A DNA stretch of 64,000 nt from Harriotta raleighana (lineage: Eukaryota). The notes under the pieces were generated by a model. It was not told the DNA's origin and ran no database searches. It saw only the letters and a list, made by a program, of their open reading frames with translations. Numbering within the stretch: the stretch's first letter is position 1; each line of letters opens with the position of its first letter. The stretch is taken from the NCBI GenBank assembly GCA_050575255.1, contig JBNZDD010013549.1, positions 880,413 to 944,412 on the forward strand. The letters are read 5' to 3'. This document shows, in pieces, positions 12,301 through 26,893 of the stretch. Position numbers and translations under genes: made by a program.

Positions 12301-15300
12301 AAGGAGAGCGCTGTTTGAATCTTTTGTACAGATTAGAAGTGGTCAACGATTGTGATGACAGTTGCAGGGCAATATAGGGGACAGCTGCTCCCCACATGCA
12401 TTAAAATCTGTGCGTCAACCCCCCCCCTTTAACAGCTGGCCTGCCATAGCAAGCACAGCAACAAAGGGCAGGGAAAAGCCAGGTGGACGTTGTTATTCCA
12501 GAAAGGCTTTGCTCCTCCTTAAACCTCCGCTCTTATTCACACAGATCAAATCTGTTGTGCAAGTGACTTTCACACACGCCAGTTCATTATTCCTCGCTGA
12601 TTGCCTTGGATTTACGGAAATAATGCTCTTAATATCGCATGTTCTTTTAAAACTCCCACTCCACACCCCCCCCCCACCACCCCCGCAAAAACAGAAATTC
12701 TCTTCTGTTTTCTATTCCTATCGGAGTTGGGAAATATTCCCTTCAGTGGGTTGATCTTAACCAAGTAGGTGAATATTATTGAATGAAAAATGAACCTTAA
12801 AAGGGGGTGGGGGGGGGCGTCTTTGTTTGCAAACAGTAGCTTTTCCATCGTGTACTGTCAAATACTGTTGTGCTATTTCTAATTTAACAACGCACTAGTT
12901 TGGCATGCAGTCGACTTTTATCCACCTCAATAGGCAAGTTACCTCCCCAGCTCTTATTAACGTTTCTCATCACATTATAGGAAGAAGAAGTAGTCAGGTA
13001 ACTTGTTCCTTCTCTCTCTTGCTTCCACCCACACCCTCCACCCCTATCCCTGTCATTAATTTTCTGTTGCTCCATGATTAGCCAGGCCCTCCTGACTTGT
13101 GAAGTAATCTCTTGAGGAGTTTATTTAGAAATATTGTGAGCGGAATTGCTTCCTGTTGAAGCGAGAGCCATCTGTCATGGTGCAGCTGCTCACGCTTCAG
13201 GCCCATGCTCAGCGACTGCAGCCTTGGTGTGAATGCATTAACCCAGTGAATGTCCCGAATTACACACTGACAAGCCTGGGAGATGTCTGATTTAGGCCCA
13301 ACAATAAGGATTCCTATTCAGCAAGACAAAACTACCCAGTAGGAGTGTTTACTGTTTTGAAGGCAAGACAGACACACTGTTGGGAGTATTCTCTCCTGGT
13401 CCAGCAACATCTGCTGTCATTTTGAGGATGACTGGATCAGTGAGCCACCGATGTCCTGGTGGTTGACCTTATTAGTTGGCTGTAACCTAGACTAAAAGCT
13501 CAGGGTATGAACTGCTAAGATGCATTAATACCCTGGCAGAATAACCTAGAATCCAGCCTTTGCATTCATTACTTTTAACAAAGAATCCTGCAGACACTCA
13601 AAGCTGTCAGTTGATATAACTTTACAATCCTTACTGTAAGTGGTATAAAATAAAGACCCCTTCTCGTATGTTAAGGTCATCTTTTCCATTCTCATTTTTT
13701 ATTTTAATGTAGAGGCCAGGTGACTAAATTTATTGCTGAATATGCCTTCCTCTAACAAAACTGTGTATACACGATCAAGCCATTGAAGAATGCAGTTCCC
13801 TAGTGCAGTGTGTGTTCAGTGTCTTTCTATTGCATGTTGCTGAAAGCAGTGTCGAAAATATAGCTTCAATTTTCTTCCATCAAATAATCTGACCCAATCC
13901 TCTTACGGAGCTCAACTTTCACTCTAAAGCAACACAAGTACAATCGTCTAATTGCCAGTCAAAGGCAGCCCCGTGTATGTGTGAGTGGGAGATGAGATGC
14001 AGCAATATTTCAGCCCCAGAAGTTTACAGTGCTGAAGAAGGCCATTAATCCCATTGTGTCTAATCCGACCCAGGAACGCAGCTGCTCTGCCAGATTTGAA
14101 GCTATTTTGTGGGGGGCTGGGAGAGGTGGGGCTGCGTGGGAGGTTAGTATGTGTAGTACTGTACTGTGAAGTGGTGTTATAGAGTTTTTATTTTAAAAAA
14201 AGTATTGTTAACTGGGAATGGGCACGAGAGCAGAGAGTTTTTGGAAATCGTTCTTTGTAAATATCTCCTTCAGGCAAATTCAAAAAACATTGTTAAACTT
14301 CCACTTATCACAAAACAAATCGCAGTTATCGCAGGGTTATTTCTGCCGTTTCACAGTGTCCCGATTCTCTGTTGGATACTGTTAAGAATACATCTGAAGT
14401 AGATGAAGGCATCCGAAGGATGACCGAATCTGGTTGTCACATCAGCCGTGCTTTTCTAGTTCTGTTTAACTATAAACTTTCTTGCTCATTGTCTTAAGAC
14501 TATTTTAGCACCAGAATCCCATACTTGTGTGCTCCACAGGACACATTTTAAATCTGTTGCAATGACTGGGAATCTGCTTATGGGCAGAAATATACTCTGT
14601 TGGATGTTTCAGCCATTTATTTTATAAGGGTTTAGCAAAAATAGACGTTTTGTTTTCTACAGCAGTTTTTCAGGTGCGACTTTTAAATGCCAGGAATGGA
14701 GTAATCTTGGTGTTGTATAATGTGTGTGTCCATCTAGTTGTTTTTTTTAACTTCAAGACTGATGGTGCACTTTTACATTGTTTCAACGTAACTTTGGAAA
14801 GTTGTTTCACGTCTGAATCGCAGTGATTTCCAGCGTGACCCAAGCCATGAAGCGTGCTGCACTGGAGAGGTTCAAAGGTTATTTCCCCAGCAGTTCATTG
14901 TTAAGCACAGACTTCTTTCCAACTCCCTTTTTTTTCCCCCCCCCCTCAAAAAAAAAGTATGGAACACATTTATTCAGCACGCATTGTTGTAAATGAAATT
15001 CAGAAAGTCAAACATCTGTCATGCCAGACTGCAGCCATTGGCAGCTGAATAGAAATCCGCTCCATTTTGCACACAGAGAGCTCCTGGAAAACATTTGCTT
15101 AGTTGCGATGCAGTTTAAGACAGTCAGCTTGAGTTACAATGGACCCAGAAATAAAATCCTTTCACTTTTGAGGAATTTTCAAGTCCCACTACAAAGCCTC
15201 TCATTTCACTCTGCTTTTTATATACAGTGAATTCACTTTACAGCATATTCCGTGAAGCGCTTTGTGACGTCTTGAAGACGTGAAAAGCGCTATCAGATGC

Positions 15301-18300
15301 AAGGATTATTATTGTTATTATTAAGTGGGTGGATTCAGCAATTTTTTTTAAAAAAAATTAATCATTCTCTTTGGAATAATAGTCCATACTAAACCAGCTG
15401 GAATGTTTATGCATGCTTATAGTCTACTTGCCATTTAAGCAGATGAATACTTCAAATTACCCATCTTTTCCATGTGCTGAGCTTTTTCTTTTTTAAAAAA
15501 AACACATCTAGTTGTGACAGAGATCATTTTATGCCAGCCTTGTGCAAATGCCAGGCTCGTCTCTCAGTGAGTCTGCTTCCCAAAGGTAGAAGTATTTAAA
15601 ATAAGATTGCTCTCTTTACCAAACCCTTTAATCCACTTGCATTTGCTACAAAAACAGCTGGGAATTTCAAACCTAATTATGGTTTTCAGCTGTAGTGTAC
15701 ACGGCTTAAGAGTGCAATCCTGATCCACCAAGTGTGCAAAAATTCATCCAGCATACCATATTTTCCAGAAATAAAATAATGACAAGTTTAAGTCTTTGTT
15801 TGTAAAAGGACTTGTTCTCTTAAAGCTCAGACCAGAGCAGAAAGTTGGGTTAGTTGGAATTCTAGCGGTAAAATAGTCCTATAATACCCTGGTTGCCTAT
15901 AGTAAAGAGAAATAAAAGGCCCTTTTTAGTATGTGATAAAAACTTGGAGATTAACTGTAATTCAGATCCTTGGATTAAGGGTCGGACACATGAGTAGTTG
16001 ATGTATTTCTGACAACTGCGACTGTTTGTAATGGGGCTATTTAATTCAATCCATGAATATAAAAAATCCCTGCTAGTGTTTTGCTCTCTTCTGTAGTAAC
16101 TCGTTGTGTAATTTAGAAGTGCCTCTTACTTCAATGAGGATGGGAAAAACAATGTTTTCACTTCATCCAATCATTCCTGTTAAAGCAAAAACATGAGCAA
16201 ATTATCAGTTTTTCTTTCTCCCACATGACATTTAAGATTATTTTCCACCTGTCCAATCCTTCACACTCTCTTGAAGGCACTATCCCATATAGATACATAT
16301 ATTTATACCAATCTAAGGTGAGGAAGGGGAGAGGTTAAATCTTCTCCTGATACTCAAGGACACACACATATGTAACACAATCTATATGATTGCAAGTTGT
16401 TTTTATTGCTTCCGATGCATTGTTTTAACACCTGTAATTTTCACATATGCGTTTCAGGTACATTTTGAACAGTTTAAAGAAGCTTTGATCCTTATTTTGT
16501 CGACTACGATTGAAGGAAATTTCTCAGGGGATGATGGCTACCAGGAACCAGGTACGGTGATTCAGCAACGTTGGAGGAATTTTCAGTTCGGAAGATTTTT
16601 TTTTCAAGCTTGCTTCACGTAAATTTTCATGCACACTAGAAATCGAGATCGAAATTTTGAACGCGAGTTTCTCAAATAATGTTTTTTCTTACAGTGTACC
16701 TTCTTCTGAACACTGATAGCGAGGGCCTGAAGGAAATTGGATAATTGGTGTCGCACACATAGGACTATTAGTCTCTGCTGTCTACTGAACTGACAAACAG
16801 TGTGTCCTGTACACAAGCAAACAAGGCCTTTCAACCCAAGGACACAATATTTTAACACTTAATTTGGACTGTGAGTGTAGGATTGGAGGAAATAAATATT
16901 GTACAGAAAAAAAATTCACAAGCTAGAGTACAAAAACAAGTAGGATGTACAAAATAGGTTTGTAGTATCTTTTGCTGTCTCCCACCATGGTAATTAATGG
17001 TTCATTTGCACAGGATTCTTCTGCAATGGCTTTGAAAAGAATGGATTTAATGGGTCAAATGACTTATTATTGTGTTATACACTAATGTAACAAAGCACTA
17101 ATAGCACAGAGATTTACATTGAGTTGATATAAATAGCTTGAGTGTACAGGACCACTTTCCAAAAATACACAGTAGCTGTGAAGTCAGCTAATATTGTCTA
17201 CTTGCCTTATAGGACTTGCCGATCAATAATAAAAATAGAACTGAAGCCTTTGACATTGACAAAAGCTTTACATCAACTGGGGTTTACGTGGAGAATTTTG
17301 AATCGGCATGTGTATCAGTCAGTCAGTCAGTGTGTGTATGTGTGTGTGTCAGTGTGAATATATATGTGTGTGTCAGAGAGATAGAGACTGACCAGGGTAA
17401 CTCTCATACAATCCATTGACAAACTATCTGTTGAATACTAGGTACGCTTGTGGGGACAATACACCAACAACAACAACAAAATTACACTTGTAATAGTGCC
17501 TTTCACATCAGGAGGACGTCCCAAGATGCTGGGAATATTATGTTATGATCTCTCGGTTTGCATTTCACAGTATAAAGAGTTCATTGGTTCATTGCCTCCT
17601 ATGACTGGATAATGATTGAATTCAGGCCCTTGGTCTAAGAATAGTTTGGTTCAGGTGTTTCTCACTGATGTCCGCTGATTCAATCATAATATCGACTTTA
17701 GAAGCCTTGTCATGGATTCACTTGACATTTAAGAGGTCCGTCCTCCCGATGTGAAAGGCACTGTACAAATGTAATTTGTTGTCGTTGTTGTTGTTGTTGT
17801 TGTTGAGACTTAACCGGCTTTCTCTCCCGACACACTTAGTTGTACATTGTAACGTAGCAAGCTGGGGAAAATGAATCTCGAAAGTGGCTTCACGAGGCAT
17901 GATTGTTCTGCTTCAGTTAAGCCAAACGAAACAGATCTGTTTCAGTGAGAGAGACTCAGGAGTTGAGACTCAGGAGTTGAGACTCCAGGAGTTGAGACTC
18001 AGTGAACCATTGCGTGCATTGGCACTCACATGACACAGATTGTACGTATTTGGATGTAGTGACGTTACACGTTTGATCAGTAATAGCTTGGCTGCCCGGA
18101 TTCAGTGGAGCTGAGGTAATGTTTCTTCCTCTACATCTCGAGTGTTAGGGGCCGACTGAGGAACGGCTTGAATACACGTGAAGTCATGAAAATGGAACGT
18201 CTGCAATAACAAATCACGGATGTAGTGTGGTAGTGTTTGAAAATAAAACCATAGGGCATAAGTACCACTGTTTCAATACCAAAAGATGGTCGCTGCTGAA

Positions 18301-21300
18301 AGAAAAGCCTTGCACATCAATCACAAGAATAAATAGAAAGTTATGTACCAGCTCGAGCCCGCAACAGTCTGTGTGACGTCAGCTCAAAGAGGAATGCATT
18401 TCACTGTAACCTGGTAACACACCTTGCTCAATTAGTCATGTTGGGAGAGTGGAGACATGGCAGTGAATGTGAATTGAGCTTGGTAGCTGGAGTGGATGTA
18501 ATAATAATAATAATCCTTCCATTTGATATAGTGCCTTTTCAAGTCATTGCAATTCCTCCAAGCAGTTCATGGAATTTACTGTGAATTATAGTGACTGTAT
18601 TTGTTGGCGAATGCGATTCTTCAGTCACACGTGCATTCAGCTGAAGTGCTCGATATTTTCTGATATGAATTTGCTGATGGTGCGAATGGGGGATGTGCAG
18701 CCGGGCAGAATCGGCTGAACAGCAGAGCGAAGGTGGAGAAAATCAGAGGTAGGGAGGTGAGAGGATGTGAAGGGTTTTGTATGCAAGTGTGAGGATATTG
18801 AAATCGATCCACTGGAAACCATGGAGCCTGGTAAGGATGGGGGACAGCAGGCAAGCAGAGTTTTGTGCAAGAAAGGATTTACCTTTGTAACCCCCATTTA
18901 TGATGTCTCGGATGAATTTTCTGTTAAAAAGACGGAAGAGAGACACACTCTATTAAACCTCATTACTCTACTTCCTGTCAGAAAAAGCTTAGTACAGTAC
19001 TCACAGAGTGAAAAACTCTCACTAGATCAACGGAAGTTGGTGCCTACAGCCACAGTGTACTTAACCTGTCTGAATGATGACCTGAAACCATGTCATTCTA
19101 GCTCAAGATCGAAGCATTTTAACGAACCGCATCAGGTTTGGCTCCTTGAGACACTTCCTTCACTGAAATCCAACATAAAATTGCTGCTTTTTTGCTTGAT
19201 ATCGAACCACCGGCTCCAAGACAGTGCATCATCATTCAGGAGCCCAAAAGAAACCATTTGGATTGCAGTGTGAGAAAGTTTATCCCAAGTTATAGCAATT
19301 TAGTATTTCTAAATAGATAAATGAAACCTAGCTCAGCAGGATTTTCAGGCTGGCTCCTTTGTGGCCAGTTTGAAGTTCCGGGCTGTCTACTGCTCAAATC
19401 CTCCCACTAAAGCTGAGATAAGATTAGTTGTTGCTTGGCAGGGCAACAAGTTAAATTATTTCACAGCAGGAGAGGCCTGAATGTTGGGCATTGACTGCCT
19501 CGCTCCATTGCAAGTACATCCTTTGTCCTCCCAAGTATAAAGCAGCATTGACTGTGGTCGGGGAGAGGTTACAGCAACCTTGAACCACACCAACCATATT
19601 ATTAACTTCTTATCAGATATGCCGCAATGTAATTGAGGATTAATTCCCACTAAGGATGGAAGAAACAAAATCTGTAAATTGGAGCACACTTCAAATCTGG
19701 GACTCGGGTAAAGGGGGAGGGAACACGAGAGAATGGCCACAGTTCTGTCGTGGTTCAGTTAATAGCACTCTCGCCTCTGAGTCAGTAGGGTTTGAGTTCA
19801 AGCCCCACGATGAGAGGATTTTGAATTCACAGTCGAGGTTGGCAGTCCATATCAGCATCATTGGGAGAGAGCTACAATGTTAAGAGTTACAGTCCTTTGT
19901 TTGAGATGTTAAACTGAGGCCTTACATGCTTATTCTCACAGATGTTTAAGATCCCATTGGCATTATTTGAAAAGAGAAGGAAGTTTCTTCAGGTGTCTTG
20001 GCCAACAATCTCCAATATTACTGGTCACTCCCTACATAACTGATTTTCGAACCTTGCTGTGCACAACTGTGACTGCTGTGTTGCCAACACAAAATACTTT
20101 ACAGCGAATCCTGTGAAGCGCTTTGCAATGTCCTCCCAGCGTGAAAGGCTCTGTACTAAATACAAGGATTATTATTATTATGATCATTTTAATACAACGT
20201 GCGTTTGCTGTACAGCTGGCTAAGGTTTTTTCTCAAAGGCAACTCGGGTTTATTTGGGCCCGTTTATCGATCTCGATTTCTTCTTGTGCGTTCTTCACCC
20301 AAGTCTTGAAAGGTTTGGGTTTTGCATTCGCAAAATGTCCCATTGACAGGACTGCAATCTGGGGGTGATTGGAGGTGGATTGGTTACACTGTAATTGTCT
20401 GCCCACAGAATCCACAGAAGTGCAGCCAAAATATGTCAAGGATGGCAAGCGATACGGCAGAAGGACAGCGCCAGAATTCCAGGACTCGGTGGAAGAGTTC
20501 ACAGAGGTTAAAGTCACAGAACCTATAGCTGATGGGTTGGGACCTGAAGACGCAACATCTGTGGCTGTTGAGGTAGGGGTAAAAGCTGTTGATTCATTTC
20601 GCCTGTACCAATCGGATTGTTTCGAGCTTGCTGCCCAGCTTTATATTTTCACCCATGTGTTCACCGCTAACAAACTAACTGCTGTGTTTCGATCGTTGAA
20701 CGACCAGTGAGATGAGATGCCCGATCGCAGTAAATAATCTTTGCTGTTGCAAAAAATATATATTTTCTAGAACAGAGTAGTGAATCGATAGCTACCCCCT
20801 TGCCTCAGGTTAATACAATATTTACACTTGTGTCTCTGTGGTACATTTGTAGATTTACTTTACCGCTGAGTGGCTGGATCGCCCGATGACTTTTAACAAT
20901 AATTGAAAGTGATAGATAGCGCTATTCCTTAAAGGAGACACAAGTTTACAGAGTGAAACAAACAGATCTCCGGGCAGACTGACCATGGAACCTTTTGTGA
21001 GCTGCGTGATCTCTTATTACATCTCACAGAATACAACAAAAACTGACAACAATCCAATTCCTACTCCAGAAAGACCTGGAAATATTCCTGCTAGAGATTT
21101 GGTCATACAGACTTGCTCTACGTTCGTTTCATGGATCACCTCCTACTTTTTAGCTTTATTGAATATTTGGAGGCAAACGTGAACTAATTGGAATTTTCCT
21201 TTTCACTGATTCAAATGAGAAAAAAAAATACACAGGGATGGGAGTGTATCTGATTATTCAACCACAAATTACATATTGGCCCAAAACTGATACAGGAAAG

Positions 21301-24300
21301 AGCCAAGTGTACACAGAATTACTTCTGGTCGATGCATTCATTCAATACACTGCCATGTTACACACAGTGTGGAGGGTTTGTAAAGGAGCTCAGAGGGAAA
21401 CCTTTTAAATCTTTAGTTGTTTACGCAGTGTGTAATTAACACAGCAGTGGAAGTACAATGTAAATTCCCGTTGATGCTGTCACAGTCATAACCAAACGTG
21501 TTCTGTCAGTGCAGGATACCAAGAAAAATGCATTTCTGTGCTTTGAAGTATAATTTGAATTAGTGCTGGACAAAGGCTGAATTTGTTCGTAACACCATTC
21601 CTTGCATATTAATGGCTTTGAAATGAACTGAGCTTCAACTTGTGCTAGTTTCAAACTGGACAGTGCTGCTAAAATGGCGGACTGTAAGGATATGCCCTTA
21701 TTTTAAAGCTGGGTGTATAACTCACAGCAGTGATCTATTTATTATTTTAAGATGGTTTAGTAATGAACATCAAATAAAACGGTCTGAACATTTTCCCTGG
21801 GCCTCGTGAAAATCCGTGTGCAAATGTATCTAGGTTGTGTGGCCACCACACATGCATAGGTTGTTGTGAGTAGATTTACTCAGAGATATGGAGGAAAGGC
21901 AGGGAAATGAAATTTTTAAAAATCTCATCATGATGTAATAAACTGCCAGGACAGTTTCAATGTGCTGAAAGGTTTCTGTGTTCCTTACCCTTGTAAAGTA
22001 TTGCCTTCGACACATTCATCTCCTTGAGAATACGTTTGTGGGCAGAGAAATCAAAGAATTCCGAAAACCAAACCAATTAATCTTTTTTTTATATTAATGC
22101 CGAAAAATACTTTCTTCCATGGAATTCCTAATATAGTTGCAGGCGGTTTCATACTGCATATTTTAATATTCCTGAGAATTACACGCTCCATTAATACCCA
22201 TAGCACAATGTGCTGTATTGTTCTGTAATTTGAGTGGTTCTCTGAAAGCTTAATGGGCCCTAATGCTTCATGAGGCATATTTCAAATTTATAGACTTGCC
22301 TAGAAATAAAATATTTTCCTGAATATATTGTCGGAAGGTCTCAACTTTGACCTACAGCTGCTAACAGTTGCTATGGTAATATCCATCCAAGACAAAATAA
22401 AGGTGTCAATTATCGCCTGTGATTATTTACTCAGATTTTTCAGGGTGTTTCAGATTTTTCAGATTTTAGCGTCTGTTTGTAGAGTAATATCTAAATAAGT
22501 CTTTCCTCCCACATTTATTGCAGGATAAATGCAAAGATGTATTCCCAGCACAAAAAGTGTATCGGAAAACTTATTACACTGTTTAATCAAGGTTTTAATG
22601 AAGGGAAAAACAATTATTCACTGATGGCTGAAACCTGGTGACTTGGGACTGAGTTAATTGGAGCTGCCTGTTTTCTCCCCTCTGTACCTTATACAAAGCA
22701 ACATACAACAAAATGACTCATCTTTATTCGAAACATTACAGTTATCTAGAATTGCATTGCTTCTCTAGTAATATATTACGTATTGCCCATGTTCCATCTA
22801 GCTTAACCAGTAAACGTCCCAAAATATTCATGGAACACATTTAGCTCATCGTCCTACCAATCATCAATTTCCAGGGTTGTGTCTAGTTCCTTTTGGAAAC
22901 CATTCATAGTTCCCTTTTGTACAGTACCACCTCCCCCAGCAGTGTGTCACCACAAACCCTGTCACTGTACACAAGTAGGTGGGTGTGACATTATGTTTAA
23001 AAAGAACTCCCATTCCCTTGATGTCCCGTGACCACTGGTGTATTACCACATACACCAGCTACAACTTGCATTTATATACGGTAGTGACCCTTGCGCAAGG
23101 TAGGGTCTCAGAGTGCTTAACTGTGGTGGGGAGAAGAGAATGCTCTTTGAGGGTGATCGCATAGAGCTGCTGGGAGCTTGTTCTTGTTGTGGTTGAGGCC
23201 AACACAGTAGTTGTCATGGAGCTGAATTCTCAGCAGGCTTTGTTGGCAACAGGCAGACAAGAGGTGGGCTTTTGATAAGGGTTGAGGAAGCTGAATTTAC
23301 TTACGAGCTCAGCCATTTTTATTCTTCAGGCGTAAACAAGCCCTATCTACGTGCTAGAAAGTATTGCATTTAANNNNCCCCCCCCCCCCCCCCCCCCCCC
23401 CCACGTTGATTAAAAGAATAGCTAAGCAGTCTGTTTTTAAGGTTTAAATTTTGTATTGCCAACAGAGCCCAGAATGCCCGTGTAACAGACCAATCACTAG
23501 AACTATGGCAGAGTACCGTACATACCTTATGCTTGTAGAAACTCACCCTCAAAAGTATTGCAGCCGAATGAATATCAGTCGTGTCTTTGCACTCGGATTT
23601 TCTGTTTCACGTGAGCATCAGGTGATTGCTGGAGTTGAAATCTGAGGGAGAGTGACTTGTTGAGTTGGTGAGTGTCCGTGGCCAGACTGATCATTTCTCC
23701 TGGAGATACAAATACCCGTTTAGATAGCATCTTTCACATCAGGAGGAGGTGACAAAAACGCTAAACAGTTCACGATAATGCAGAATGACTGCCTCGACGC
23801 CCAATTCTGTGCAATGGCACAAATATTCCCAAGTATCGAGGGTGAAAAATTAATTTTGCCCCTAAATGATGTGTTACCCAAGGCTCTCTTGTTTTTCATT
23901 TCAATAAATAGGAATGGCACTTTCCTGAGGCTGGGAAAGCGCAGTCAGATTTATGATCTTCGCTGTGAGAATTGCAGTTTCTGCTTTCCCCAAAATTCAC
24001 GTGTATCATGAATCCCAAATGGCCAAACAGCGGAAAAATGCCAACTAGCAAATGTCAGAGGAGACAGAAACCTGTTTTGCTCACAAGCCTTTTTATTTTA
24101 CACATTGCCCGCTTGATTTGAAAGTTGCACATAAATGTGACATATCTGATTGGTGAATGTCACAAATTAGACCTTGGGTCTTAGGGTTCCTAGGAAGTCC
24201 TCTCTCCTGGAAAGTCGTTTCTCACCAGCTACCTAAAAACATACATTGAAGGCTATTTTGATAAGTTGCCCCCACCCCATCTCGTAGTTTTGGTGGAATA

Positions 24301-26852
24301 TGGCATTAGGATGCATCTTTCAAAACCGGACTCAAATTCTGAGCTACAGAGGATATTGTGTTTCAGTCAGATATTCAAAAGGTATTCAAAAGTTGTGGGC
24401 AGGCTTAAAACTATTGAGATGACTGCTTACTAACATGCTGATTTCTGTGTTCTCTGTGTGTAGACAGACAGATAGATTTGAGCATGATGTTGCGAGTTTC
24501 TAATTCTTTGAAATGACACAGTCCCAGTTAACGTGATAAGAAGCCATAATGTTGTATATATGCTACACCATTGGAGTCCACAGAAAGACTCATTTGCTGT
24601 GTTTGCAGGTCAGTAAGTAAATAATCCTATATTGAAATAGTGAACAATTGGATTTACAAATTGAAATTATTTCTATGACGGTACAAAATTAGAGGCTTCT
24701 AAATATTTCGTCTCTATTCGTATCTTTGCGTGTTTCCTGCGATTATAGCGCATGCATCAGTCTTTGCATAATTTAGCGCAATGCTAATGAGGCACTGACA
24801 AAAGCCTGGGCTTTTGTAACAATTATTTGGGTACCCTTAATTTCTGAATGAGAATCTGCCTCTATGAAACAGATGGTGAAGTGCAAAAGGTTGGTAGGTT
24901 CGTGCATAAAGGGTAAAAAAAAAAGGCTATGACACGTAAACAATAGCAAGAATAGCATGTGCTTATTCCAGTGTATAGGACACTGGTTAGAATACTAAAC
25001 CTATGCCATCTGCTCTTTGGTCGAGCAGCGCATGTGTCCATCTGAATAATGCATCCGCAATGCTCTGCCTTCTGCACAGGCTGAAGCACATCGTGACCTG
25101 GATCAAGCTATGCTGTACCCTTGATCGTTCACAAAATAAACTACACGGCATTGAAAGGCTTGGTTCATAGCCCCAGCGAGATTCATTTGTGCTGTGTGAA
25201 CGCCCAAGCTTTCTGATCAGGCAGCCGTTTCTGCCCTGTGAACTTTTTCACCCTCGTCTACACAATGAAATTACTGGGGGGGACGGTTTTCAATATGGTA
25301 ATCCGATGTACAGGATGTCTAAATGAATGTTTCTTGCAATATATCCAACAGCAGCAGTGATGTAAATGGTATTAATGTCTTAAAGGCACAGCTAAGTCAT
25401 TATACATTTATAATCCCTGCTACTTGTCAAGCAGGTTGCCTTAACTAATGAGTGAATTACTTCATGGCAGGCTTTTTAAGTACCTGTAGCAAATAAACTC
25501 ACAAAGCATAGTGGCCACTACTGTTTTCAGTTAGTTGTAAAAGCTACTGTTAGTCTGTCTGGAAACATCACTACAATGATATGGTTTGCCTCTCTCACCA
25601 ATGTGCTAGAATGCTGAATACTTGATAAAATTCGCAAACGTAGCAGTTTGTGGTTATGATGGGGTTTCCCTATTGGAAATGTAATACTGCAATAATATTT
25701 CTTTCCTTTGAAATAGCGCCTGATCACGTCATTCAGATGCTTCAAAGCGCTTCTCAGAATGTACTGTAAAGTACAGCAAATTGACTGTATATTTGTAGAC
25801 GATATGCGGCAGTCAATTGAGCACAGCAGCATCCCAAAGACAGTCGTGGATTGAAGTGACCAATTTGTTATTGGGTTTTTTTCTCTTAAGGGATTATCAT
25901 CAGGCGTGTGGAGCAAGGAAATCTGCTCAAGGTTTTACCCTGCCATGCACGTATGTGATCAAGGAATTTCTCTCTCTCTCTCTCTGTCCTCACCCTGAGG
26001 TCAACTTGAATCTGGATTTATCATTTAACTTCTCCCACTCAGTAAAAGTTATCAGACTTACCAGTGCACTCAGTGCACTGGAATTTCCTGCATCTGGATT
26101 CTCTGGCAGTTTTCCCAATTGCCTGCAGTCACATTTGTAAGAATGGATTGTCTTTAATCTATTGTTTGTGTTTTTTGTGATGGTTAAAAGATTTCTCTCG
26201 TCATCTTTGATTGTTTGGTCGATGGAAACCTGCTGAGGTGCTGTTTTGCTTCTGAGCATCGTTTACATTGACTTCATTCTATATCCCCCGGTCATCACTG
26301 TATGGATAACAAATAACAATCCCTCCATTTAATATAGTGCTTCTCACATCGAAAGGACATCTCTAAACACTTTACAGCATGTACTTTACAAAGTGTAGCG
26401 ACAGTGTATTCAGTAGCAAATGAGGCAGTCATGTCCCACAAACAGCCGCGAAGTGAAGAACCAATTTTATTTGTTGGCCAGGGCACCTGGATAAACTCTT
26501 TCAACCCTGCCTTACTTTAACACCTTCACTGAAATACTTCTGGTCCAATATAAGCCCTAGGTGATGCCTGTAAACCCCCAGCTGTGGCATATCTAAAGGG
26601 AATGTTTTGGGTTTACCTTTTCAATCCTATTTGACATCTTATAGAAAAGTTTTCTTCAAGGCTGGAGGGCCATGGGCTTGCGCACTTGTTCCTTGGTGTG
26701 AATAGGGCCATTCATCTAACATGGCAGGACAACAAGACACAGGTTCAGAGTTGCAGTTTCAAGACAGATATCTGGAAGCATTTCTTTACCCAGAGAGTAA
26801 TTAACGATTTGATCCAGCACTGTTCTGATCTCCTTCCGAATTGTACAACACC

Positions 26853-26893
<41 letters not shown>

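Noticed and set aside
17951-18002. Short regularly repeated unit considered as a CRISPR-like array
   Set aside because: No unique spacers; simple tandem repeat in a vertebrate intron
18767-19273. 168-aa plus-strand ORF in an intron
   Set aside because: Begins antisense within an L2 fragment; no homology recognised and no splice-phase fit to NIN
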